A stretch of DNA of 64,000 nucleotides from Dehalococcoidia bacterium (lineage in GTDB: Bacteria > Chloroflexota > Dehalococcoidia > Lucifugimonadales > G963668185), in contig OY764162.1 in NCBI GenBank assembly GCA_963668185.1, positions 678,915-742,914 on the forward strand. The letters are read 5' to 3'. How positions within the stretch are numbered: the first letter of the stretch is position 1; each line of letters starts with the position of its first letter. The notes under the pieces are model-generated. The model was not told the origin of the DNA and did no database searches. It was given only the letters and a program-made list of their open reading frames with translations. The position numbers were made by a program, and so were the translations under genes. Of the stretch, positions 28,587 to 37,652 are shown piece after piece.

Positions 28587-29639
28587 ATGAACCAAGACCG
28601 CATGCAGGGCTTGGCGCAGACCGTGCTCGGGCCGATTCCGGCCCACGAGCTCGGCCCCACCATGACTCATGAGCATATCCTCATCGACTTCAGAACCACG
28701 TTCGATCCTCCAACCGCCGCCTCGGACTTAGGACGGGCGTACGAGCCTGTCAACCTCCAGAACCTGGCCTGGGTGCGCTACCACTGGAACAGGAACGAGG
28801 ACAACCTGCTCCTGACCGACGAAGAGACCGCGATACGCGAGGTTGAGTTGTTCCGGCGCGCCGGCGGCCGCACCATCGTCGAAGCGACGACGATCGGAAT
28901 CGGTCGGGACCCGCTTGGCCTGGCCAGGGTGTCCACGGCGGCCGGCATAAATGTAATCATGGGAGCCGGCTACTATGTCGCGGCCACCCACTCGCCGGAC
29001 ATGGACCACGTGGAGGAGGAGCAACTCGCCGCCCGCATCATCGGCGACATCACGGAAGGGGTAGATGGTACGCGGGTCAAGGCCGGCATCATCGGAGAGA
29101 TCGGGTGCACCTGGCCCCTCACGGCCAATGAGCGCAAGGTGCTCCGCGCCGCCGCCTCGGCTCAGAGGGAGACGGGCGCTCCGCTGCTGATCCACCCCGG
29201 CCGCAGCCCGCGCGCGCCGTTCGAGATCCTGGACATCCTCTCGGAGGCCGGCGCGGACATTGGCAGGACGATCATGAGCCATCTGGACCGCACGTACACG
29301 GACGAGGACTCGCTCGTCGAGTTCGCGGCCAGGGGCTCATACCTCGAATACGACCTCTTCGGAGTGGAGTGCTCCTACTACCCCCTGTCCGACATCGACA
29401 TGCCCAGCGATGCCCAACGACTGGACTACATCCAGCGCCTGATCGCCGAGGGCTATCAGGACAGGATCGTCGTGGGCCACGACATGTTCTCGAAGCACAG
29501 GCTCAACGCTTACGGCGGCCACGGCTACGCACACATCCTTGAGAACATCGTCCCCAGGATGCGCAAGCGCGGCATGGAAGAAGAGACCATCCGTGCGATA
29601 CTGATCGACAACCCCGCCCGCGTTCTGGCGTTCGCCTGA
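28587..29639 (+). CDS. Phosphotriesterase-family metallohydrolase
   Basis: QTVLGPI, TMTHEH, GIIGEIG, IHPGR, MSHLDR, NPARVL. Confidence 0.92.
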   Translation: MNQDRMQGLAQTVLGPIPAHELGPTMTHEHILIDFRTTFDPPTAASDLGRAYEPVNLQNLAWVRYHWNRNEDNLLLTDEETAIREVELFRRAGGRTIVEATTIGIGRDPLGLARVSTAAGINVIMGAGYYVAATHSPDMDHVEEEQLAARIIGDITEGVDGTRVKAGIIGEIGCTWPLTANERKVLRAAASAQRETGAPLLIHPGRSPRAPFEILDILSEAGADIGRTIMSHLDRTYTDEDSLVEFAARGSYLEYDLFGVECSYYPLSDIDMPSDAQRLDYIQRLIAEGYQDRIVVGHDMFSKHRLNAYGGHGYAHILENIVPRMRKRGMEEETIRAILIDNPARVLAFA

Positions 29640-29684
29640 ACCTTCCCCGTCAACAAATCGAACTCAAGCACGAAGGAGAGACCT

Positions 29685-30149
29685 ATGTCCGCCGAAGACA
29701 GACTTGAAGAGTTAGGAATCGAGCTTCCGGAGTCCCCTGCCCCAATCGCGAACTACGTTCCGGCAGTGCGTACCGGCAACCTGCTGTACCTGTCGGGCGT
29801 CGGCCCGGCCGCGCCGGCCGAAGGCCCCGCGCCGACCGGCAAGCTGGGCGCCGATCTCACCGTTGAGCAGGGCTACGAAGCCGCGAGGCTGACCGCCGTC
29901 AACCTGATAGCCCGCCTCAAGAGCGAGCTTGGAGACTTGGGCAGAGTCAACCGCGTCATCAAGCTGCTTTCGATGGTCAACTCCGCTCCCGACTTCGATC
30001 AGCAGCCCGCAGTGGCCAACGGCTGCTCCGATCTGCTCGTCGAGGTGTTCGGAGACAAGGGCCGGCACGCTCGCTCCGCCGTAGGAATGGCCGCCCTGCC
30101 CGGCAACATCCCCGTTGAGATCGAAATGATCGTGGAGGTCTCAGACTAG
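29685..30149 (+). CDS. RidA/YjgF family protein
   Basis: PIANYVPAVRTGNLLYLSG, GRHARSAVG, VEIE. Confidence 0.92.
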   Translation: MSAEDRLEELGIELPESPAPIANYVPAVRTGNLLYLSGVGPAAPAEGPAPTGKLGADLTVEQGYEAARLTAVNLIARLKSELGDLGRVNRVIKLLSMVNSAPDFDQQPAVANGCSDLLVEVFGDKGRHARSAVGMAALPGNIPVEIEMIVEVSD

Positions 30150-30517
30150 CGCCAGGCGCTCAGCGTCCCGGATAAAGTTTATGGTCTCTCGAATTAAGAG
30201 TTCCGTCTCGTCAACCGGGTCGCACGGCCGTAGTAGAAACACTCGCCGTGTAGCGTCGCCTGAAGGTCCAGGTATCGTCGCCGCAAGGCGCGCAACTTGG
30301 GATCGGTCGGCACGAGGCGACGCAGACCCGCGCTGGTCGCGGCGGAGGTCCGGGGTTCATCGCCGGTTCGGGCTAGTATGAGGGCGTCGGTGGCGCGCTT
30401 AGCCGCGCACCAAGCCTTCTCAGCGGCGTCGCGAATGTCCCCCGCCGACAGCCTTTGCAGCGCGGCGGCGTGCATTAAGTGAGCGTCGGCGAAGGCATCG
30501 GTCATAGTTGTGGCCAT
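30141..30517 (-). pseudogene. PaREP1/HEPN-like protein, apparently frameshifted near 30225
   Basis: GDIRDAAEKAWCA...LHGECFYYG; a helical-looking C-terminus CDPVDETELLIRETINFIRDAERLALV continues in another frame. Confidence 0.55.
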
Positions 30518-30568
30518 GTGTTTTCTCCAAAGAGCCAGAGAAAGTCTAACCAACGACGCCGCTATGCG

Positions 30569-32167
30569 CTAGCCCGCACTCTGCCCTGTGGCAGCCTCTA
30601 CCGGATACCGCGCCGCCCAGCCGTCGAAACCGCCGGATAGCGCCGCCGCGCTGTGTCCCATCGCCTGTAGCTGCTGCGCCGCACGGACGCCCGTCGCGTC
30701 GCCCGGTCAGGCGCAGTAGGTAACGATCAGCGCCTCTCCGCGCGGCCTGCCCGCCGCCCACTCGGAGACCTCGTCGGGCAGTACTCTCACGGATCCCGGT
30801 ACCTGCAACCCGGACGCCGCGTAAGCAGACCGTGAGCGCACGTCCAGGATCACCGACGGCGTGACGCCGCCCGCCATCTCGCGCAGCTCCTCCGGCGTTA
30901 CGGTCCGCACTTCGCTGTCGTCCCGCGCGAACAGCCCGTCCGCCGTTCCTTCCCGCTCCTCAGCTAGCGTTGCTCGGTCAGCCTTTCGTCCGTACCATGC
31001 GCCCAGCGGCGTCGTGCTCGCCCCGTGGATAGCCACCGACGCAATAACGACCACACCTACCGTCGCCAGCAACTCCTCGGCCCCCGGTACGTGCGCCTGC
31101 ACGGCAAGCAGCGCCAGCAGCAGCGAGTTCAGGCCGCGAGGCCCGAACCACGCGATCAGCCCCTTCGCCTCAAGGCTCAGCCTGGTCCGCGCCAGCAGAG
31201 CTCCCAGCACCGGCGGACGAAGTCCGAAGATCACGATGGCGGCCAGCGCCGCCGCCAGCGGGATGTTGACCGTTTCGAGAATGCCGGACAGCACCGCGCC
31301 GAACAGCACGAACGCCAGCAGCATCGCCATCTCGGACGTCACCTCGCCGTACTCCATGAAGCAGTCGCAAAGCCGCTGGTTCAGCAGCACCACGGCCAGC
31401 CCTGCGGCGAAGGCGGCCAGGAATCCGTCGCCACCCGCCGCCGTGGCCGCGCCGAAGGCCGCCAGCACGAGGCCGATGCCGTAGAACGACTGATGCTCAC
31501 GGCGGATGTTCATTCGAGCGTCCACCCGGTTCATCAGCCACGATCCGACGCCCCCGATGGCAAACCCTATCGCCGGGCCCAGCAGCAGAAGTTGAGCAAG
31601 GAATCCGCCCCACGCTGCCATGTCCCTGCCCTGCGCCTGGGCGACCGCAATCAGCACCAGGATCACGGGAAGCACGATGATGTCGTTCGTTCCCGCCTCT
31701 ATCTTGAGCACCTGCCGCACCGAGCGCGGGACTCTTTTGTCGCGCACAAGCTCTCGGAGCACCACCGGGTCGGTCGAGGCGAGTATCGCCCCGCCTATGA
31801 ACGCGACCAGCCAACCGAATCCCAGCATGAGCGCCAACGGCAGCGCGCCAAGCGAAATGATGAGCGCCGTGCCCGGCCCCAGGATCAGCGCGGGTATCAG
31901 CCACCGCCGGCCCAACTCCTCGACCTGCAGGTTCAGCGCGTCCAGGAAGAGGACAAGCGAGAGCGTCAGGGCCGCGACCACTTCGAGGATAGGATCGTGC
32001 GGCCCCATCTCCAGCAATCCGAACCCACTCTCGCCCAGCAGCAATCCCAGGCCCAGGAACAGTATCGGGAATGACAGTGGAGACCGCTCCACCGCGCCCG
32101 ACACCAGCGCGGTGACCACCATGATGACCGCGATCAGGCCGAACGCCGGAAGAAACTCAGGTAACAT
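30569..32167 (-). CDS. Cation:proton antiporter (CPA1/NhaP-like) fused to a C-terminal rhodanese domain; candidate selenoprotein, UGA at 30709-30707
   Basis: GAILASTDPV, LKIEAGTND, WFGPRGLNS, then ILDVRS...VPGSVRV...IVTYCA-(TGA)-PGDATGVRAAQQLQAMGHSAAALSGGFDGWAARYPVE...TAG 30569. The rhodanese fold is complete only after read-through. Confidence 0.85.
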
Positions 32168-32223
32168 GGGCTGTGGCCTTACTGCGACCCAACTAAGTTC
32201 ATGCAGGTAAGGCTACAAGGGCG

Positions 32224-32964
32224 CTAGCCCTGGCTGTCTAACCTGTCTCCGCGCAGGCGGCCCAACTCCGCCTGAAGCTCACGGATCTGAGCCTCAGCGG
32301 CTATGCGCATCGCGCGCTCTTCGCCGAGGACGTTCAGCCACTCCCCGGTGGCGCTGTCGCGCAGGCGGAACCTTCCGAACCCATCCTCCAAAAGGTGGTA
32401 CACGTCCACCCCCAGGACCTCGCTCCGTGACCACGTGCTGCCGTCCGTCTCCTCGCGCAATTCCAGCCGCTCATACTCTCCATCCACCAGCCGCTCACCC
32501 ACCAGCGGTTCGCCGTAATGCTCTCCGTTTCGGTCAAGGCGCCAGTACTCCGTAACCCCGATGCGCGCGTATATCTCTCGCTTATCACCCAGATCTCTTG
32601 CCGCCGTACTCGCCGACGCCACCTCCATCACAAAGGCAGGCGGCTTGCCCCATTCGTCTATCCTGTAGCTCCGCCGCTCTCGCCTGATGAACTCGGTGTC
32701 CACTCCGAACACGACGTAGCAGTCCGGCGATATCACCGAGCCGGGCGTGTCCGAGTCGTACACGATTACCGCTGTGGGACCGGACACGAGCACCGTGGGA
32801 TCGTCCGCGTAGCGTGCCCGGATGATCGGGTTGACGTGGTCTATCGTGTCTTCCTGCTGCATCCCGTCCTCTATCGGTTCGGCCACGTCGCTTATCAACT
32901 CGTACCAGGGACGGTCAGCGACGTCGGACGGCAGGGGCATCTTCGCGCCTGCTGGTGTCGTCAT
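32224..32964 (-). CDS. Uma2 family (PD-(D/E)XK-like) endonuclease
   Basis: ISPDCYVVFGV, PAFVMEVASAST, DLGDKREIYARIGVTEYW. Confidence 0.88.
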   Translation of the reverse strand: MTTPAGAKMPLPSDVADRPWYELISDVAEPIEDGMQQEDTIDHVNPIIRARYADDPTVLVSGPTAVIVYDSDTPGSVISPDCYVVFGVDTEFIRRERRSYRIDEWGKPPAFVMEVASASTAARDLGDKREIYARIGVTEYWRLDRNGEHYGEPLVGERLVDGEYERLELREETDGSTWSRSEVLGVDVYHLLEDGFGRFRLRDSATGEWLNVLGEERAMRIAAEAQIRELQAELGRLRGDRLDSQG

Positions 32965-33078
32965 GGTCGGGCCTCCGGTTGCGCTTTCACAGTACCCATC
33001 CTATCACGCACGCGCTCAGGTTCCGTAAAGCATCTTCGAACAGGTAGTCATGCTTGGGCATCGGCTATCGAATCGTCG

Positions 33079-34248
33079 CTACGCCAGCACCTGCATCGTG
33101 TAGCGCGACTCCAGTAGCTTGCCGGCCTCGAACCGGCCTAGGTTCAGCATCGAGATGTCGATGGTCGTTGCCTGCCCGTCCGCGATAAGCTCCGCCATGG
33201 TCTGGCCTATCATCGGGGACAGCTTGAAGCCGTGGCCGCTGAACCCTACGGCGCAGTACAGGCCGTCGATGCCTTCCACTGCGTCCAGCACCGGGTGCCA
33301 GTCCGGCGTGACCGTGAACAGCCCCGACCATCCGCCGCGAAACAGGCCGTCCTCCATGCCAGGTATGCGCCTGGCCAGCCGGATCATCGTCCGCTCCACC
33401 TCGCGCATGTCCACGCCCTGGTCGAAGTCTTCCGGCGTGCCGTCGTGCTCGTCCTCCCCTACCCCAACCATCGTGATGTTCCCAACGTCAGGTCTTGGCG
33501 ACATGTCGTTGACCACGTCGCCGAGGATGGGATGCTGGCCTATGCTGTCCGGCCTGCGGATCATCACCACCTGATGCCGCACCATGCCAAGCGGCACGTC
33601 CACGCCGATACCGGCCAGCAGCTTCCGCGACCACGGCCCGGCGGCAACCACCGCAGTGTTAGTCTCGACGCGCTCGTCCCCGAACCGCACCGCCACCACG
33701 CGCCCGCCCTCGATGTCGATCCCCGTAACGCGCGCGTCGGTCCGCACCGTTGCGCCAAGCTCGCGTGCGCGGCCGGCGAAGCCGTTCGTGACCGAGTACG
33801 GATCCGCGTAGCCGGACTCCGGCTCGTACGCGAACACCTCGCCCTCCTCTGCCGCGAGCAGCGACGAGATGCGCGTCACGTCCTCCGGGCCGACGATCGC
33901 GGTGTCCACTCCCACGGCCTGCTGCATCTCCACGTTCGCCTCGAGCGCCTGACGCTCAGACTCGGTTACCGCGATGAAGTAGCCTGTCTTGACATACCCG
34001 GAAGGCGTGCCCGTGATCTCCTCGAAGTCCCTGAAAATCTTGAGGCTCTCCCAGGCCATGCGGGTCGTGACCTCGTTCGAGTAGTGCATCCTGAGGATCG
34101 CCTGGGACCTGCTCGTCGAGCCGGAGGCCAGCGTCGTCTGCTCCAGCAGAACCGTGTTCGTGACCCCCTTCAGGGCGAGGTTGTAGAGGATGCTCGTCCC
34201 CATCACACCGCCGCCCACCACAACCACGTCCGCCGTTCGCGTTGCCAT
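33079..34248 (-). CDS. FAD-dependent oxidoreductase (DAO/sarcosine oxidase beta-like)
   Basis: VVVGGGVMG, AAGPWS, TPDWHPVL, GFSGHGFKLSP. Confidence 0.92.
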   Translation of the reverse strand: MATRTADVVVVGGGVMGTSILYNLALKGVTNTVLLEQTTLASGSTSRSQAILRMHYSNEVTTRMAWESLKIFRDFEEITGTPSGYVKTGYFIAVTESERQALEANVEMQQAVGVDTAIVGPEDVTRISSLLAAEEGEVFAYEPESGYADPYSVTNGFAGRARELGATVRTDARVTGIDIEGGRVVAVRFGDERVETNTAVVAAGPWSRKLLAGIGVDVPLGMVRHQVVMIRRPDSIGQHPILGDVVNDMSPRPDVGNITMVGVGEDEHDGTPEDFDQGVDMREVERTMIRLARRIPGMEDGLFRGGWSGLFTVTPDWHPVLDAVEGIDGLYCAVGFSGHGFKLSPMIGQTMAELIADGQATTIDISMLNLGRFEAGKLLESRYTMQVLA

Positions 34249-34322
34249 TCCAACTTACCTCCGTACTATCCCCTTATGGGTGCAGAGCCTGCCCCGTACC
34301 CCGATACGGGGGCCGCGGCCTG

Positions 34323-35915
34323 CTAGTCGTGGAAGTCCCTGACGACCTTGCCGGGGGCCGCGCCGGTGTACTCCCCGTCCTCGATCACCACCGTTCCGTT
34401 GACCGCCACGTGCGGCACGCCGACCGCGTAGCTGTGCGGCGACTCGAACGTCGCCGTGTCCGCCACCGTTGCCGGATCGAGCGCGACTATGTCGGCGGCG
34501 TAGCCCGGCGCTATCCGGCCGCGCCTCGTCAGCCCCATCCGGGACGCCGGAAGCGTCGTCATCTTCCTGATCGCTTCGGCGAACGAGACCACGCCGTGTT
34601 TCCGCACGAACTCGGCAATGAACCGGGGGAACGTGCCGTAGCTTCTCGGGTGCGGCACTCCCGCCGACAGCACTCCCTCGGTGGACAGCGAACTTCCGTC
34701 CGAACCGACGGAGATGAGCGGGTGCTGCGCTATCTCCAGGACGTCGTCCTCGCGCATCGCGTGGATGACCACCATCGCCTCGCCCATCTCGTACAGCCGC
34801 ACGGCGGCCTCGGCCGGGTCGCAGCCGAACTCCTCCGCGATGGCGGTCATGGTCATGCCCTCGAATCGCGCGTCCTCGGCAAGCCGGGAGATCACGACGC
34901 CCTCAGGGCTACGGTTGTAGTCATAGTTGTAGTTGATCCCGTCCTTCACCTGGGACCTCGTCTTGGAGTCGGCCAGCCGCTCCAGCGCCGCCGCCCGTCC
35001 GCCGGCCAGCGCCCAGCGCGGGAAGATCGCGCCCGTCAGCCGCGTACTTGCGGCTGTGTACGGGTACTGGTCCCCGGCAACGTCCAGGCCCTCATCGACC
35101 GCCGAGTCTATGAGCCTCAGCACGTCGGGCGCCCTGCCGAACACGGTCGGGCCGACACACTTGACGTGCGAAAGTTGCAGCCGAACGCCCGTACGTCTGC
35201 TGATCTCGATCGCCTCGTTCAGCGCGACAAACAGTCCCACCGAGTGGGCGCCCTCGTCGCGGATGTGCGTGGAGTACACCTTGCCGCGCTCCGCCGCGGC
35301 GCGGCAGATGTCAATCACCTCTTCCAGGCGCGCGTAGTTGCCGGGGTCATAGAACAGGCCGGTGGAGAATCCCATAGCCCCTTCGTCCAGGCACTCCGCC
35401 ACCAGTTCCCGCATCCTGTCCTGCTCCTCGGGCGTGGGGAATCTCGCGTCGAGGCCGACGACGCAGGCCCTGATCGTGCCGTGACCAACCTGGCCCGCAA
35501 GGTTGAGCGGCGGACGGGCCGCCTCGACGGCGTCCAGGTACTCTCCGAACGACGTCCAGCCCAGCCTCTTCGACTCTGGCCCTCTGCCCAGCCGCGCCTC
35601 GAGCTGCTCGCGGGCCTTGCCGATCACCGGCGCGCAGAAGCTGCTGCCGCAGTTGCCCGCAAGCTCCAACGTGACGCCCTGCCGCACCTTGCTCTGCGCC
35701 GTCGGATCGTGCAGGAACGAGGCGTCGCTGTGCGTGTGGAGGTCGATGAAGCCCGGCGTCACGGCCAGGCCGGACGCGTTGACGGTCTTCGCGGACTCGC
35801 CTTCGAGCCGCCCCACGGCCACGATCTCGTCCCCCGCGACGGCCACGTCCGCGGAGTACGGCGGGCTTCCCGTCCCGTCGTAGATAGTCCCGTTCTTGAT
35901 GACGAGGTCGTACAT
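34323..35915 (-). CDS. N-acyl-D-amino-acid deacylase (D-aminoacylase)
   Basis: PGFIDLHTHSD, GNCG, STGLFY, THIRDE, DQYPY, HPRSYGTFPR. Confidence 0.93.
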   Translation of the reverse strand: MYDLVIKNGTIYDGTGSPPYSADVAVAGDEIVAVGRLEGESAKTVNASGLAVTPGFIDLHTHSDASFLHDPTAQSKVRQGVTLELAGNCGSSFCAPVIGKAREQLEARLGRGPESKRLGWTSFGEYLDAVEAARPPLNLAGQVGHGTIRACVVGLDARFPTPEEQDRMRELVAECLDEGAMGFSTGLFYDPGNYARLEEVIDICRAAAERGKVYSTHIRDEGAHSVGLFVALNEAIEISRRTGVRLQLSHVKCVGPTVFGRAPDVLRLIDSAVDEGLDVAGDQYPYTAASTRLTGAIFPRWALAGGRAAALERLADSKTRSQVKDGINYNYDYNRSPEGVVISRLAEDARFEGMTMTAIAEEFGCDPAEAAVRLYEMGEAMVVIHAMREDDVLEIAQHPLISVGSDGSSLSTEGVLSAGVPHPRSYGTFPRFIAEFVRKHGVVSFAEAIRKMTTLPASRMGLTRRGRIAPGYAADIVALDPATVADTATFESPHSYAVGVPHVAVNGTVVIEDGEYTGAAPGKVVRDFHD

Positions 35916-35922
35916 GTTCGTA

Positions 35923-36690
35923 TCAGTCCTGTCTGTAGTCTGTGGGGACGGGCTGGATTTCCAGCGTCACGACGCTGCTCATCCACACCTGCGCCCCAAT
36001 GCCTTCGAGCGCCCGTTGCCCGGGCCGGTCCACTTCCAGCACTCGCTCAAGCAGCGCGTCCCCGAAGTCGCCGACGTAACCGCACCTCTTGCGGAAGCCG
36101 TTCAGCGTGTGCCTCTCCCCTCCCAACAGCACGTAGTCGATCGAGTCCTCGTGCGCCGCGAACACGGCCCGCGTCACCTCGCAGCACTTGTCGTACAACT
36201 CCCGCACGAGCCGTTCGCGGCTTCGCGCGAACCTCCCGGCGGAAGATCCTCCCTTGCGATGACGGTTCTTCACGTATCGGGAACCCGTCTTCGACGCGAC
36301 TAGTTTGTCCCCTTGCGCAACTCCCACCGCGTACCTGCCCAACCTGAGCAACACTATCCCGACGCAATACTCCGTGTCCAGCATGGCCAGCAACGGCTCC
36401 GCATCGAAGCCGTCCGCGTGCAGGTCCGCGCGTAGCGGAAACGGCGGCGCGACCGCTGCCGCGTACTCGCTGCCGCGAAACACCGCCAGCCCGGTGGCGG
36501 ACCGCCCGGCCTCCGCGGTCGCGTCGCCCAGCGGCACGAACCCCGCCTCCGCGCCGGCTTGCCGCGCGGGCGGAGCGCCGTTGTGCGGCAGGTAGTCGCT
36601 TCGGAACCCGTCGGGGCGCGCCGCCAACTCAGCGAGAAACCGCCTGAGGCCCGCCTTGCCCATACGCGACCTGTCTGTCACCTGGAGCAT
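35923..36690 (-). CDS. acVLRF1 (Actinobacteria/Chloroflexi Vms1-like release factor) family protein
   Basis: VAPPFP, LLRLGRYAVGV, ASKTGSRYVKNRHRKGGSSAGRFARSRE, LLGGER. Confidence 0.8.
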   Translation of the reverse strand: MLQVTDRSRMGKAGLRRFLAELAARPDGFRSDYLPHNGAPPARQAGAEAGFVPLGDATAEAGRSATGLAVFRGSEYAAAVAPPFPLRADLHADGFDAEPLLAMLDTEYCVGIVLLRLGRYAVGVAQGDKLVASKTGSRYVKNRHRKGGSSAGRFARSRERLVRELYDKCCEVTRAVFAAHEDSIDYVLLGGERHTLNGFRKRCGYVGDFGDALLERVLEVDRPGQRALEGIGAQVWMSSVVTLEIQPVPTDYRQD

Positions 36691-36900
36691 CGCGCCCCCA
36701 TCCTAACCCTTCGAGGGACTCGACGTAGGCTGCTGCGACTGGCATGAAGACAGGGTGACTCATTAACATGGTCGCCTACTCGGTAACCGCAGTTATGAGG
36801 CCGATTCCCTCCTTCGGTAACCATTAGTTTTGAGGTCACAGGGAAGTGGATGGCGGCGAGTGGTTAGTGGCTAGGCCTGTGTGACCGTGTGGGCGCCCAG

Positions 36901-37272
36901 CTACTCCCTCGTCTGGATGACGACCCGGCCGCCGTTCTCGACTTCCACGTACAAGCTATGACCGACGAGCAATCGCATACCCGCTAGGGGCGTGGCGTCG
37001 GACACATAGGCGTCGGCATGGCGCAGGTAGCCGTCCCAAAGAACCTCGACGCTGTACACGTCGAACGTTGCCTCACTGCCGTCGGCCAGAATTGCCGAGG
37101 CCCTGGTCACGGCGGTCAATCCCAGTTCTGTCGCCAGCGCCGCCGGCAGGGTCAGGAACTCATTGAAACCGGTGTCTATAACGGCGTCTATCGCACGGCT
37201 TTGCCCCGATGGGCCTTGCACTGTAAGGGATACGGTAGCTTCCAAGGCGGCGTTCACCACGCCCTGGATCAT
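36901..37272 (-). CDS. Clan AA (retropepsin-like) aspartic protease
   Basis: IDAVIDTGFNEFLTLP, LADGS, PLAGMRLL. Confidence 0.88.
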   Translation of the reverse strand: MIQGVVNAALEATVSLTVQGPSGQSRAIDAVIDTGFNEFLTLPAALATELGLTAVTRASAILADGSEATFDVYSVEVLWDGYLRHADAYVSDATPLAGMRLLVGHSLYVEVENGGRVVIQTRE

Positions 37273-37586
37273 TCCGTCCTCCGCAATGCCCCGGCGCCGA
37301 AGCTGGTCAGGGCCCTGTACCCGACCCGCTCACTCCAGACGTTGATAGCGTCCGGGCGCTGCGCGCGCAGACGGTCAACCGCCTCAAGCACAAAGCCGCC
37401 GATGGCCCAACTGCCGGTATCCACGTCTATGGAGACGATCTCCCCAACGTGGTCGGCCTCAACCTGCCGTCGGATGTCCCGCTCGTACATCCGCTTGCCA
37501 AGATAGGCGACCTCATCCCTTGTGCGGGTCGGGAGCCGCCTGTCCTGCGCCTCATGCGCGGGCGCTCTTGTCTTCGCGTCTCTCAT
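37269..37586 (-). CDS. Small partner protein of the aspartic protease (DUF5678-like)
   Basis: GKRMYERDIR, GEIVSIDVDTG, RVGY; ATGA-coupled to the protease. Confidence 0.7.
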   Translation of the reverse strand: MRDAKTRAPAHEAQDRRLPTRTRDEVAYLGKRMYERDIRRQVEADHVGEIVSIDVDTGSWAIGGFVLEAVDRLRAQRPDAINVWSERVGYRALTSFGAGALRRTE

Positions 37587-37652
37587 GAGTCTCGCCTTTC
37601 GCAAGGGTTCTGTCGCATTATGGCATAAAGCCTGTCACGGGCGCCTAGAGCA

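Noticed and set aside
34242-36347. Long antisense ORFs (e.g. 701 aa here, 612 aa at 19873, 599 aa at 51271, 413 aa at 436)
   Set aside because: These are Arg/Pro/Ala-rich, motif-free mirror frames of GC-rich genes on the opposite strand.
36780-36835. Mini CRISPR array
   Set aside because: Only two short imperfect units with a 13-bp gap and no cas genes.
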